Shown: positions 39,245-49,415 of the stretch, one piece after another | How the letters are laid out: every line of letters begins with the position of its first letter | How positions within the stretch are numbered: position 1 is the first letter of the stretch | Assembly: GCA_965216755.1 (NCBI GenBank) | Contig: CBDCGL010000011.1 | Span: 2,976,001-3,040,000, forward strand | Direction of reading: 5' to 3' | DNA from: Alphaproteobacteria bacterium | GTDB taxonomy: Bacteria > Pseudomonadota > Alphaproteobacteria > UBA7887 | DNA length: 64,000 nt | Translations under genes and position numbers: made by a program | The notes under the pieces: model-generated | Database searches by the model: none | Seen by the model: the letters and a program-made list of their open reading frames with translations, nothing else | What the model was told of the DNA's origin: nothing

Positions 39245-41730
39245 GCCCGCACCACCCGGACGGCGCATTTCTTGAAATCGGTTTCCTTCGAAATCGGACA
39301 AGTGGCATCCAGCGTTAGTTTGTTGACCAGTTGGCTGGCGTCGAACCAGGGCACAAAGACCATGCCGGGCGGCGGCCGGTTGCGGCCGCGCGTTTCGACC
39401 CGGGTGACCAAGGCGCCGCGTCGTGATTCGAGGCGCACCTCCATGCCGCGCTTCAGGTCACGCGCCTTGGCATCGTCCGGATGCATATAGACGACCGCAT
39501 TCGGGAACGCCCGATACAATTCGGGCACGCGCCGCGTCATCGATCCCGAATGCCAATGTTCTAACACCCGGCCGGTCCCCAACCACAAATCGTAGGTCTC
39601 ATCGGGGACCTCAGCGGGCGGTTCGTAGGGCAAGGCGAAGATGTTCGCACGGCCATCGGGTTTGCCGTAAAACGCCACGCCCGCGCCTGCCTCGACATAG
39701 GGGTCGTAGCCTTCGCGGAACCGCCACAATGTCTCTTGGCCGTCGACCACCGGCCACCGCAGCCCGCGTGTCGCGTGATAGAGCTCGTATGCCGCCAGGT
39801 CGTGGGCCTTGCCGCGACCGAATTCGGCATACTCTTCGAACAGTCCTTTTTGGACATAGAACCCAAACCGCTCCGACTCGTCGTTGGCGAAGCCGGCCGG
39901 CAACTGCTCCAACGGGAATTTGTCGACCTCGCCGTTGCGGAAAAGGATCTCGAACAAGGTCTTACCGCGATACTCGGGCTTCATGGCCAGCAATTCATCG
40001 GGCCACACCTCTTCGACCAGAAACCGCTTGGAAAACTCCATGACCTGCCAAACATCCGATCGCGCATCGCCCGGCGGGTCCACCTGTTGGCGCCAAAATT
40101 GCGTGCGCCGTTCGGCATTGCCATAGGCGCCTTCTTTTTCGACCCACATGGCGGTGGGCAAAATCAAATCCGCGGCGGTGGCGGTGACAGTCGGATAGGG
40201 GTCCGAAACCACAACAAAATTGTCCGGATTGCGATAGCCGGGATAGGTTTCCTCCATCATATTGGGCGCGGCTTGCATATTGTTGTTGCACATCACCCAA
40301 TAGGCATTGAGCTTGCCATCTTTAAGCATGCGATTTTGCAAAACCGCGTGATAGCCTGGTTTGCTGGGGATGGTTCCCTCGGGCAACTGCCATTTCTCTT
40401 CCGCGATACGGCGATGCTCCTCCTTCATCACCACCATGTCGGCGGGCAAACGATGGGCAAAGGTGCCGACCTCGCGTGCCGTGCCGCAGGCCGAGGGCTG
40501 CCCGGTCAGCGAAAACGGCCCATTCCCGGGTTCGGAAATCTTGCCGGTCAAGAGATGGATGTTGTAGATCAGATTGTTCGCCCAAGTGCCGCGGGTATGC
40601 TGATTGAACCCCATGGTCCAGTAAGACACCACCTTGCGGTCCGGGGCGGCATAAAGCTCGGCCAGGCTTTCCAAGTCTTGCGCTGGTACACCCGATAGTT
40701 CACTCACTTTGTCGACCGTGTAATCGGCGACAAATGCCTTGAATTCTTCAAAGGTCATCGGCTCGGAGCCGCCGGCCTTGCCCGCATTGCTCGCCGCTTG
40801 TTCAAGCGGATGATCGGGCCTCAAGCCGTAGCCGATGTCGGTATTGCCGCGTCGGAAATTGACGTGGTTGTCAACGAACGCTTGGTTGACTCGCCCAGTT
40901 TGGATGATGTGATTGGCGATGTAGTTGAGAATCGCCAAATCGGTTTGCGGGTGGAACACCACGCCCAAATCGGCCAATTCAAAGTTCCGATTCTCAAAGG
41001 TCGACAACACGGCAACGCGGACATGGTCGGCGGTCAGGCGCCGATCGGTCAGGCGCGACCACAGGATCGGATGCATCTCCGACATGTTGGCGCCCCACAA
41101 AACGAACGCGTCGGCGTGTTCCAGATCGTCATAGCAGCCCATCGGTTCATCGATGCCGAAAGTGCGAATAAAGCCGGCAACGGCCGAGGCCATGCAATGG
41201 CGGGCGTTGGGATCGATATTGTTCGATCGCAGACCGGCTTTCATAAACTTGGCGGCGGCATAGCCTTCCCACACCGTCCACTGGCCCGACCCAAACATGC
41301 CGACCGCCGTCGGGCCCGTTTTTTTCAACGCGGCCTTCCATTTCTCGGCCATGACATCGAAGGCTTCGTCCCACGATACCGGTTCGAATTCGCCTTCCTT
41401 GTCGAACCGACCGTTGCGTTTGCGCAAGAGTGGCGTCGTCAGACGGTCTTCGCCATAAAGGATCTTCGACAGAAAATAGCCCTTGATGCAGTTGAGGCCG
41501 CGATTGACCGGGGCGTCCGGATCGCCCTGGGTGGCGACAACCCGGCCTGATTTCACACCGACCAACACGCTGCAGCCGGTGCCACAGAAGCGGCATGGTG
41601 CCTTGTCCCACCGAATGTCGTTACCGTCGGCGGCGTGCGCCGATCGGTCCCGGGTCAAATTGATGCCGGCGACGGCGGCCGTCGCGGCCGCGGCCTGGGC
41701 TTTGACGAAGTCACGCCTCGATAGCTTCAT
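39241..41730 (-). CDS. napA: Periplasmic nitrate reductase catalytic subunit
   Basis: Tat signal [15 protein letters not shown]...[31 protein letters not shown]. Confidence 0.99.
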   Translation of the reverse strand: MKLSRRDFVKAQAAAATAAVAGINLTRDRSAHAADGNDIRWDKAPCRFCGTGCSVLVGVKSGRVVATQGDPDAPVNRGLNCIKGYFLSKILYGEDRLTTPLLRKRNGRFDKEGEFEPVSWDEAFDVMAEKWKAALKKTGPTAVGMFGSGQWTVWEGYAAAKFMKAGLRSNNIDPNARHCMASAVAGFIRTFGIDEPMGCYDDLEHADAFVLWGANMSEMHPILWSRLTDRRLTADHVRVAVLSTFENRNFELADLGVVFHPQTDLAILNYIANHIIQTGRVNQAFVDNHVNFRRGNTDIGYGLRPDHPLEQAASNAGKAGGSEPMTFEEFKAFVADYTVDKVSELSGVPAQDLESLAELYAAPDRKVVSYWTMGFNQHTRGTWANNLIYNIHLLTGKISEPGNGPFSLTGQPSACGTAREVGTFAHRLPADMVVMKEEHRRIAEEKWQLPEGTIPSKPGYHAVLQNRMLKDGKLNAYWVMCNNNMQAAPNMMEETYPGYRNPDNFVVVSDPYPTVTATAADLILPTAMWVEKEGAYGNAERRTQFWRQQVDPPGDARSDVWQVMEFSKRFLVEEVWPDELLAMKPEYRGKTLFEILFRNGEVDKFPLEQLPAGFANDESERFGFYVQKGLFEEYAEFGRGKAHDLAAYELYHATRGLRWPVVDGQETLWRFREGYDPYVEAGAGVAFYGKPDGRANIFALPYEPPAEVPDETYDLWLGTGRVLEHWHSGSMTRRVPELYRAFPNAVVYMHPDDAKARDLKRGMEVRLESRRGALVTRVETRGRNRPPPGMVFVPWFDASQLVNKLTLDATCPISKETDFKKCAVRVVRA

Positions 41731-41983
41731 GTTCCATCTCCTCTGCCGGCTCGGCGTGGTGGTAAACAAGATTGGCGGCAAGGACGCCGGGTATTCGTTG
41801 AATTCGGATCAGGGGGTGGATCGAGCCCGTGGCCGCGGTGCCGTCGATCGTGATTACGATCCGGCCGTCGGGGCTGGTTGAGTGGATTTCGACGCCGGCG
41901 CACCTGGCGAGGGCCCTTTGAACCGCCGCCATGCGTGCCGGTTGGGCCATAACCAAAACACCCGATATGTTGAGGCTGTCCAT
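41711..41983 (-). CDS. napD: NapD chaperone
   Basis: [27 protein letters not shown]. Confidence 0.95.
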   Translation of the reverse strand: MDSLNISGVLVMAQPARMAAVQRALARCAGVEIHSTSPDGRIVITIDGTAATGSIHPLIRIQRIPGVLAANLVYHHAEPAEEMEHEAIEA

Positions 41984-41992
41984 CGATTCTCC

Positions 41993-42514
41993 TCAGGCTG
42001 AACGAGACTCTGGGCGTGCACGTACCGCAATGGCGCCGACCGGGCACACGCTGACGCAGGCGCCACATCCGGTACAAGCGGTGTTTGTGATGGCGGGCCG
42101 CCCCCCGGCACCCAGCGCGGTATCAAACCGAATCGCCTCAAGCGCGCAGTGCTCCTGGCATGTGCGGCAAATGACACCACGACCGCCCAGACAGTCAGCA
42201 CCGACCTCTGCGAACGCAGTCCACGGTCGGCTGATTGGCGCCGCGTGCGCCAGATGCAGGGCGCCGGATGGGCAAACATCGACACAGCGGCCGCAAAACG
42301 TGCAGGCGCCGGCGCTGAAATCGACAAATGGCAGACCGTCTTCGTCGCGTGCCAGAATGCCCTCAGGACAGGCACTAATACAGCGGCCGGAGCTGTTGCA
42401 CAGCGCGTCGAAATTGCCCTGTTCAGCGGACCAAGGCGGGCGCAGTTGGTGGCGATCACGTGTCAGCCGCCCGCGAATCAAGTCAAATCGGCTGATCGAC
42501 CCCACCGTCGTCAT
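41993..42514 (-). CDS. napF: Ferredoxin-type protein NapF
   Basis: LRPPW, CTFCGRC..VCP, CRTCQE.C, CTGCGACVSVCP; first cluster motif degenerate (CNSSGRC). Confidence 0.92.
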   Translation of the reverse strand: MTTVGSISRFDLIRGRLTRDRHQLRPPWSAEQGNFDALCNSSGRCISACPEGILARDEDGLPFVDFSAGACTFCGRCVDVCPSGALHLAHAAPISRPWTAFAEVGADCLGGRGVICRTCQEHCALEAIRFDTALGAGGRPAITNTACTGCGACVSVCPVGAIAVRARPESRSA

Positions 42515-42609
42515 TCCCGCTGTACGCCCATACCGTGCTGCATTCGTGGCTTATGCGGCCAAAAGAATAGAAACACCACGCATGCTAACGGGGCGACGCG
42601 GCGCGTGCC

Positions 42610-42623
42610 TTGATGTCTGTCAA
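42610..42623. promoter_or_regulatory. FNR/FixK-type box upstream of napF
   Basis: TTGAT-GTCT-GTCAA, 9/10 match to TTGAT-N4-ATCAA. Confidence 0.7.
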
Positions 42624-42766
42624 TCCCGCGCCGGTCGCGTCGCGGGTGCGTCCGTTTGATCATACCCGTCGGCCATGGTGTTGCCCAAGCCGCCGTCGAT
42701 GAATGGCGCGGTGGCACCGCCGCGACGTGCACCATGGCGAAGATTCGCGAGCGGTCCCGTCCGCGC

Positions 42767-43855
42767 CTATTTGATGTAGCCGAGCTCCTCCCACAACGCG
42801 TAGTCCTTGCGAAACGTGCTCAGCGACTCCCAGGCGCGGGCGAAGTCCGCGTCCTTGGCGGCTTCGTCGGCGACCACCTCATCCCACGCCGTGGCAAACG
42901 CCGCCAACATCTCAGGCGACCAACTGTGCAGTTCAACGCCATGGCCCTGCAGGGTCTTGAGGGCGGTGAACTGGGTTGCTTCACCCTCGGCCAGGCTATG
43001 GCGGATATTGTCGCCACATGCCATTTCGATCATGGCCTTTTGGCGTTCCGACAGCGTGTTCCAGCGTTCGATGTTGATCAGAAGCTCGCCCAGACTGGCC
43101 GGCTGATGCCAGCCTGGGAAGTAATAATGCTGCGCGACTTGATAAAAGCCGAGGTCGAGGTCGATCGCCGGCATGGAGAACTCGGTCGCGTCGATCGTGC
43201 CGAGTTCCAAGGCTGGGAATATATCGCCGGGCGCCAGTAATTGTGTCGAGACGCCGAATTTCTCCATGACCAAGGCGCCCAAGCCAAAGAAACGCATCTT
43301 CAGGCCGTTGAGATCGTCGACAGATGTGATCGTGTGGCGAAACCAACCCGACCCTTCCGGTGGGATAATCTGGCAATGCAGCGCGTAGATATTGTGGCGC
43401 TGATAGATTTCACGAAACAGTTCCTCGCCACCGCCATAATAAAGCCAAGCTAAATATTCGCCCGGTCGGGGACCGAACGGGATTGCGGCGAAGATTTGCA
43501 TCGCCGGCAGTTTTCCGGCCCAAAATCCGGGGCTCGAACAGCCGGCGTCGATGGCGCCGGAAGACACCGCGTCGAATATTTCAAGCACCGGCACCAACGC
43601 ACCGGGCTCAAAGAACTTGAGCTCGATTTCGCCACCGGTCGCGGCCACCAATCGTTCGGTGAATTGCAGGCAATGGGTTCCTGCGATCGGCAAAGAACTG
43701 GCGAAGGCGCTGGCCATTTTCCAACGCACCGGTTCGGTCTGGCCGCTCGACGTTCCGTCGGCCTGGTCCTGCGCCGTCGGTGCCGGCTGCAGGACAAACC
43801 GTCCAATGGCCAAACCGATGATCAATGCGGCAATGGCGATCGCCGAAGATTTCAT
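42767..43855 (-). CDS. TRAP substrate-binding protein (TakP-like, keto-acid/monocarboxylate type), orphan
   Basis: WKMASAF, FFEPGALVP, GLKMRFFGLG, IDATEFS.P, YYFPGWHQ. Confidence 0.93.
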   Translation of the reverse strand: MKSSAIAIAALIIGLAIGRFVLQPAPTAQDQADGTSSGQTEPVRWKMASAFASSLPIAGTHCLQFTERLVAATGGEIELKFFEPGALVPVLEIFDAVSSGAIDAGCSSPGFWAGKLPAMQIFAAIPFGPRPGEYLAWLYYGGGEELFREIYQRHNIYALHCQIIPPEGSGWFRHTITSVDDLNGLKMRFFGLGALVMEKFGVSTQLLAPGDIFPALELGTIDATEFSMPAIDLDLGFYQVAQHYYFPGWHQPASLGELLINIERWNTLSERQKAMIEMACGDNIRHSLAEGEATQFTALKTLQGHGVELHSWSPEMLAAFATAWDEVVADEAAKDADFARAWESLSTFRKDYALWEELGYIK

Positions 43856-44100
43856 GATTTCCCTCTCCTGTGCCGCGAGACAAGCGGGCCGTGGCCCGCG
43901 TGTCCACAGTGAGCAACCATCATCACCTGTCCGAAGCCGACCGCAAGCGCCAATGCGCGGTCGGTGGCGTATCCGATTTCTTGATCTGTGATGGCGCGGC
44001 GGTCCGCGTGCCAGCCTATAAGCTCTGCTGGACTTGGTCTTGATCCGTGTCCATAAACACCTGGATCAAGGGCGGAGCCGGGTTTGTTTGGGATGGGCAC

Positions 44101-44223
44101 ATGACAATCCACAGGCGCGTTTTGGAATGGCAAGCCGCGCATCCGACAATCACCTGGATATTTTGGGGAATTGTCTGGCTGATCGTGTTTGTGTTGCTGC
44201 TGTGGCCGCAAACAGCGAGTTAG
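44101..44223 (+). CDS. Putative 40-aa Trp-rich single-TM small protein
   Basis: MTIHRRVLEWQAAHPTITWIFWGIVWLIVFVLLLWPQTAS; stop 4 bp before the cytochrome c start. Confidence 0.6.
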   Translation: MTIHRRVLEWQAAHPTITWIFWGIVWLIVFVLLLWPQTAS

Positions 44224-44227
44224 GCGA

Positions 44228-44581
44228 ATGATGCGCAATTTCGCCAGGTTTCGCGGCGCTTTGGCATGTGCGGCCATTGCGATCAGCGTCGCGGGCGGCG
44301 CGCTGACACTTCGCGCCAGCGGTGTCGGCGACGCGGCAGCGGGGCGCCTGTTGGCGGCGCGCCATTGTGGCCGTTGCCACGGAATTGGCGATGCCACCCA
44401 AAGCCCTTTGCCGCAGGCGCCCTTGTTCAGTGCGATCGCGCGCGCCTGGCCGCCGGATCACTTGGCCGAAGCACTGGCCGAGGGGATTGTGGTGGGGCAT
44501 GCGGCTATGCCGGCCTTCGTTTTTTCGACACCGGAAATCGATGACTTGTTGGCGTACATGAAGGCGATCACCCAGGATTGA
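44228..44581 (+). CDS. Mono-haem class I cytochrome c
   Basis: Signal peptide, G..LA...CGRCH, APLF..IA, H..MP.F.F, LLAY. Confidence 0.9.
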   Translation: MMRNFARFRGALACAAIAISVAGGALTLRASGVGDAAAGRLLAARHCGRCHGIGDATQSPLPQAPLFSAIARAWPPDHLAEALAEGIVVGHAAMPAFVFSTPEIDDLLAYMKAITQD

Positions 44582-44609
44582 ACAGACTCAACGGCGGCTG
44601 CGGCAGGCC

Positions 44610-45308
44610 TTATTTCTGAAAGTCCAACAGGCAATTGTTGGACGGCATATCGATGGCGTCAACCAACCGCAGACCGTGGCGGCGTGCCGCGGCTTCGACA
44701 TCTATGATGTCGCGCACACCCCATTGCGGATTGCGGTGGCGCAGGCTGGAATCGAAATCGATATTGCGATCCGAAAAATGGCGGCCATCGCGCAGGAAGC
44801 AGCCATAGCATAACAGGCGTCCGCCCGCCGGCAACAGGGCTTCGGCACCCGCCAAGATACCTTCGGTGGCCGCCCATGGCGCGATATGAAGCACGTTGAC
44901 GACGACCATGGCGGCAACCGGGACGTCGATCGTGCCCCACCAGCGACTCTGCGTCGCATCGATATTCAGCGGTGCTTCCAAGTTCTCGCTATGCACCTCC
45001 GCCGTCCATGCCGCGATGCTGGCGCGCGCTTCGGAACTGGGATCACTCGGCAGCCACATCAAGTGGGGAAAGGTGGTGGCGAAAGCGCAGATATGTTGGC
45101 CGGGGCCGCTTCCGATTTCCAACACCCGGCCTTGGACGGGTAGGCGCGGTCGCAAGGCTTCGATGATCGGAGCCAAATTGCGCGCCGCGGCTGGCGAAAT
45201 GTGGCGTACCTGGTCGCGGGTATCGCGACTCACCGCCGCCCAATAGGCCGACGGTTCGGACCAGCTGGCCTTTTCTTCGTCGTCCAATTCTCGGCCGCCA
45301 GAGATCAT
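44610..45308 (-). CDS. DUF938-family SAM-dependent methyltransferase
   Basis: SPAAARN, VLEIGSG.GQH, W.PSD, N..HIAPW, N..FD.SL, WGVRD, MPSNN. Confidence 0.9.
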   Translation of the reverse strand: MISGGRELDDEEKASWSEPSAYWAAVSRDTRDQVRHISPAAARNLAPIIEALRPRLPVQGRVLEIGSGPGQHICAFATTFPHLMWLPSDPSSEARASIAAWTAEVHSENLEAPLNIDATQSRWWGTIDVPVAAMVVVNVLHIAPWAATEGILAGAEALLPAGGRLLCYGCFLRDGRHFSDRNIDFDSSLRHRNPQWGVRDIIDVEAAARRHGLRLVDAIDMPSNNCLLDFQK

Positions 45309-45883
45309 TGTCGCGTTGCGGCCGGCAGTGCGGGAAAGCCGGCCCGCATGTAGATAATGGTTTGCCAGATCTCAGGCTCGTCAAGCTTGTCTTTGAACGC
45401 CGGCATGGCCGAGCCGAACGCCGCGCCGCCCTCCGCGATCGACCACAGTAAATAGCCGTCGATTGCCTGCGGCCGTTCGATCATGAAGGCCAGCAACGCC
45501 GGTGAGGGGCGCAAGTCATTGCCGGCATCGCCGTCGCCCATGCCGTTGGCGCCATGACAGGCGGCGCAATGGGCCGCGTATACGGCGCCACCGTCCCCAA
45601 CGAATTTCGATGTCGCCGGATAGGGACTAAAGCGGTTGCGATATTCCACCGGCACGCCGCCTTGAATGAACTCGCGATGGCGCTGGCTGCGTTTGGCCAT
45701 TGCCTCGGCAATTGCCTCGGAATCTGCGTCAATGGCCGTGTCCGGATCGCAGCACCAATAGTCTTGGCCCTCCGCCATCACCGAATCTTGTTGGGCAAAT
45801 CCGCCCTGCGGCGGGAACGCAAACAACCACACGGCACATATGCCGATGACATAGCCGAACCGCCGCAATGCCGCATTTTTCAT
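45305..45883 (-). CDS. Mono-haem cytochrome c
   Basis: Signal peptide, CAACHG..G.GDG, I.EGG..FGSAMPAF. Confidence 0.9.
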   Translation of the reverse strand: MKNAALRRFGYVIGICAVWLFAFPPQGGFAQQDSVMAEGQDYWCCDPDTAIDADSEAIAEAMAKRSQRHREFIQGGVPVEYRNRFSPYPATSKFVGDGGAVYAAHCAACHGANGMGDGDAGNDLRPSPALLAFMIERPQAIDGYLLWSIAEGGAAFGSAMPAFKDKLDEPEIWQTIIYMRAGFPALPAATRQ

Positions 45884-46039
45884 CGCTCGCCGCCGCCTTT
45901 CATTCGTTATCAGTCACGTAACCCTAGCCCGGTCGGCACGGATCATGCCAGACATGGATCAAGCGCGCCCATCTTTCGACGCCCGTGCACGCGTGCGGTA
46001 TTTGCGCTAGCCTTAGAGACAAAAGGTCGGGAGGACAGT

Positions 46040-47314
46040 ATGAAACGCATGGCCATCGGTTTGGTGTTGTGGAGCACGTTCGCGACGGCGGCATGGGCGG
46101 CGGGCGATCCAATGCCGCGCGTGGACCCCGAAACCGTCGGTTTGTCCAGCGAACGGCTGGGCCAAATCACGGCCGTGATCGGTGAAGAAATCGAAAACGG
46201 TGAACTGCCGGGCGCGGTGGTGCTAGTCGCGCGACGGGGAAAGACGGCTCTGTTTGAAGCCATCGGCTTTCGTGATCGCGCGGCCGCGGCGCCGATGACG
46301 GCCGACGCCATTTTCAGAATCTATTCCATGACCAAGCCAATCGTCAGTGTCGCAGCGATGACACTGGTCGAGGATGGCAAGATGCATTTGGCGGAACCGA
46401 TCTCGAAATATCTACCGGCATTCAGTGAGATGACTGTGGCCGTCGCGGGGCAGGATCCCGAGACCGGCGCCGAGACGGTCGACATGGTGGCGGCGGCGCG
46501 ACCGATCACGGTGCAGGACCTGTTGCGCCACACGTCAGGCCTCGGTTATGCGTTTCTCGGCGATCATCCGGCGTTGACCGCGGTCCGCGAGGCCGGATTG
46601 GCGTCGTTTTCGCTCGACATGACCATTGCCGAATATGCGCGGGAATTGGCCGCGTTGCCGCTGGTCTGGCAACCCGGGACAACGTGGGAATACGGCCGTT
46701 CGTCGGATGTTTTGGGGGCCTTGGTCGAGGCCGTGTCCGGTCGACCGCTGGATGACTTCGTTGCGCAACGCATCCTCGGACCGCTCGGCATGGTCGACAG
46801 CGGCTTTTCGGTGCCACCGGAAAAACACCAGCGTATCGCCGCGCCGCAGCCCTATGCCGATACCGGTGAAACCGACAATCTGATCGACGTGACCGTACCG
46901 CCGAAGATGTTCGCGGGCGGGCATGGCATGGTGGCGACGGTTGCCGACTATGCGCGCTTTTGCCAGATGATGCTGAATGGCGGCAGTTTGGATGGCGCGC
47001 GCATTTTGGGGCCAAGGACGGTCGCCTATATCGCCTCTGATCACGTTGGCGAGTCGATCGCCAAGACCGGTACCCGCTATTTACCCGGGCCCGGGAACGG
47101 CTTTGGTTTGGGCTTTGGCGTGAGGGTCGCCGCCGGTGAAGCGGCGCTACCGGGTTCCGTCGGCGGATATTATTGGGGCGGCTATGCCGGCACCTATTTT
47201 TGGATCGACCCGGTCGAAGAGCTGGTCGTCGTCTGGATGTCGCAACGGGTACGCGACCGCCAGCACTATCGTCATCTGCTGCGCAACCTGGTCTACCAAG
47301 CAATCATCGATTGA
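46040..47314 (+). CDS. Serine hydrolase, beta-lactamase class C/esterase family
   Basis: FRIYSMTK, LLRHTSG, PG..WEY, WGGYAGT.FWIDP; GGAGG before ATG 46040. Confidence 0.95.
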   Translation: MKRMAIGLVLWSTFATAAWAAGDPMPRVDPETVGLSSERLGQITAVIGEEIENGELPGAVVLVARRGKTALFEAIGFRDRAAAAPMTADAIFRIYSMTKPIVSVAAMTLVEDGKMHLAEPISKYLPAFSEMTVAVAGQDPETGAETVDMVAAARPITVQDLLRHTSGLGYAFLGDHPALTAVREAGLASFSLDMTIAEYARELAALPLVWQPGTTWEYGRSSDVLGALVEAVSGRPLDDFVAQRILGPLGMVDSGFSVPPEKHQRIAAPQPYADTGETDNLIDVTVPPKMFAGGHGMVATVADYARFCQMMLNGGSLDGARILGPRTVAYIASDHVGESIAKTGTRYLPGPGNGFGLGFGVRVAAGEAALPGSVGGYYWGGYAGTYFWIDPVEELVVVWMSQRVRDRQHYRHLLRNLVYQAIID

Positions 47315-47327
47315 TGGATGGATCAAT

Positions 47328-48368
47328 TCAAGGCGGCGTCAGCATCACCTTGACCTGATCCGACGGCTTTTTCAGCGCCTCGAAGGCATCGGAAAACGCA
47401 TCGAAATCGACCCGGTCGGAGATGAACCGGCCGGGCGCGATGCGGCCATTGCCGAGCATATCGACGACGATCTCAAAGTCGCGCTTGCGATAGACGAAGG
47501 CGAAACTGACATCCAGTTCCTTGACGATGGCGCGGCCGGGAAAAACCGTATCTGACGCCATGCACAGGCCGACAACGACCACACGCGCGTCGAACGGCGC
47601 ATAGTCGATGGCGCGTTGCAGCGATCCCGGCACACCAACACAGTCGAACACCACTTGCGGTCCGCTCGGGCTGATCGCCGTGACGCGACTTTGCACGTCC
47701 TCGCGACTGGCATCGATCGCCGCGGTGGCGCCAAAGGCGGCGGCGGCTTCGGCGCGCGCGGCCAGCAGGTCGCTGACGATGATGTGGCGAGCGCCATAGA
47801 ACCGACACCACAGGGCGACCGCCAAGCCGACAGGTCCGGCGCCGACGATCAGAACCGTGTCGGCGGGGTCGAGGCGCGCCTTGGTGACGGCGTTAAGGCC
47901 AACAGCCAACGGTTCGACCAAGGCGCCTTCTTCGAAGCTGACATTTTCTGGCAGCTTCAACGTCGCGCCGGCGCCGACGCGGGTGTATTCGGCATAGGCG
48001 CCCGGCAGATCCAAATTGGCACGCATGGTGACCTGGGCACAGCGGTAGGCGCGTCCGGCCAGGCATGCCGAACACGCGCCACAGCCGATAAACGGTTGCG
48101 CTGTCACCCGGTCGCCGACCGCCCAGCGGTCGCGGGCATCGCGACCAACTTCAATGACTTCGCCGGCGAATTCATGGCCCATCACCGCACCGGGCTTTAG
48201 CACGCGCCAGCCCCCCTCCGCGCTGCGATTCTCCGACCAATGAACATCGGTGCCGCATATGCCGCACGCCTTGACCTTCAGGATCAGGTCGTCGGGACCC
48301 GGCTCAGGGTCGGCGATATCTTCGATGACAAGGGGCGCGCCATGCGCCTTGAACACGGCCGCTCTCAT
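47328..48368 (-). CDS. Zn-dependent (MDR) alcohol dehydrogenase
   Basis: CGICGTD, GHEFAG, CGACSAC...C, VEPLAV, GAGPVG. Confidence 0.95.
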   Translation of the reverse strand: MRAAVFKAHGAPLVIEDIADPEPGPDDLILKVKACGICGTDVHWSENRSAEGGWRVLKPGAVMGHEFAGEVIEVGRDARDRWAVGDRVTAQPFIGCGACSACLAGRAYRCAQVTMRANLDLPGAYAEYTRVGAGATLKLPENVSFEEGALVEPLAVGLNAVTKARLDPADTVLIVGAGPVGLAVALWCRFYGARHIIVSDLLAARAEAAAAFGATAAIDASREDVQSRVTAISPSGPQVVFDCVGVPGSLQRAIDYAPFDARVVVVGLCMASDTVFPGRAIVKELDVSFAFVYRKRDFEIVVDMLGNGRIAPGRFISDRVDFDAFSDAFEALKKPSDQVKVMLTPP

Positions 48369-48452
48369 GATGGATCTCCATTGCACGCGCGATCACGGAA
48401 ACAGGGTGACGCGCCGTCGGCCGAATGGCAATGGCAACCGCGGCTGTGCCGA

Positions 48453-49406
48453 TCAGAGATTTGCGCGCAACAGGGCGGCGTCGTCCTCGGGCGATGATGG
48501 ATTGACCGCCACGGCGGTGCCGAGCTCGAAGCCGGCCGGCGTGCGAAGGTCGGGAACCAAACGCAGCCGCCAATGCCAGTATGGCGAATCGCCACGGCCG
48601 ACCGGTGCGGAATCGATGACGAAGTTATAGGGCGGGTCGTCAAGCGCCGCGCGGATCACAGCCAGACCGCGCCGCAGCGCCGCCGCCAAGGCAAGCCGTT
48701 GCGCGGAATCACAATCGACGAAGGCGGCCTGGTGACGGCGCGGCAGCAACCACATTTCGCACGGGCCGGCCGCCGCAAACGGCACCAAGCAGACGATGTG
48801 GTCATTCGCGAACACCAGCCTTTCGCCGGTCCGGCGTTCGGTTTCCAGCACATCACAGGTCGGGCAGGCCTGGCGGTCGCGAAAAATCGCCGCAAGCCAC
48901 GTGTCGGTCGCGTCCAGCATCGGCGGCATAAAATCGAGCGCGATGATTTGGGCGTGCGCGTGGGTCAAACTGGCGCCGGCGTCGGCGCCCTGGTTGCGAA
49001 ACAGATGTACGGTTCGCGTGCCGGGGCGCGCCGACAAGGCGACGCTGCGTTGATGATAGGTCTCAACACATGCCGCGATGACCTGCTCGGACAAATCGCC
49101 CAGCGTTTCATTATGATTGGGCGTTTCGATGATCACTTCGTGGCGGCCAGACGCGTTGCCCGCGCTTGAAACGATCGGGAATTTGTTGGCGACCACACGG
49201 ATTTGCCATGATCCGTCGGTCGCGCCTGGCACGTCGGCGATCATCGGCGCCAGCTGCGATTCGTTGCCCGGACAAAACGGGCAGTTGGGGTCGTAGGCGG
49301 CACCGTCGCCAGAGGCACGCGGGCGCCGGTGGTGTGGCCGCTGGCCGCGTTGCGGGGCGATCAGCACCTGCGCACCGGTGGTGATATCTTGGCGCAACTG
49401 GCTCAT
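48453..49406 (-). CDS. GalT-like hexose-1-phosphate nucleotidyltransferase (HIT superfamily)
   Basis: RGQRP, CPFCPGNE, NKFP, GRHEVIIE, AGASLTHAHAQ, AGFELG. Confidence 0.9.
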   Translation of the reverse strand: MSQLRQDITTGAQVLIAPQRGQRPHHRRPRASGDGAAYDPNCPFCPGNESQLAPMIADVPGATDGSWQIRVVANKFPIVSSAGNASGRHEVIIETPNHNETLGDLSEQVIAACVETYHQRSVALSARPGTRTVHLFRNQGADAGASLTHAHAQIIALDFMPPMLDATDTWLAAIFRDRQACPTCDVLETERRTGERLVFANDHIVCLVPFAAAGPCEMWLLPRRHQAAFVDCDSAQRLALAAALRRGLAVIRAALDDPPYNFVIDSAPVGRGDSPYWHWRLRLVPDLRTPAGFELGTAVAVNPSSPEDDAALLRANL

Positions 49407-49415
49407 GGGCGACGA

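Noticed and set aside
38947-39318. Multiple ORFs across the MITE copies as real genes or a transposase
   Set aside because: No RBS or start within the element and no DDE/HUH motif; treated as a property of the repeat
42511-42735. Possible napE upstream of napF
   Set aside because: The 74-aa ORF lacks NapE-like features and overlaps the FNR box/promoter
45554-46039. Long N-terminal extensions in the ORF track (serine hydrolase; also 53180-53959, 1907-2116, 52740-52916, 38144-38347)
   Set aside because: They overlap other real genes or terminators; downstream starts have an RBS and/or a signal peptide or family-typical N-terminus
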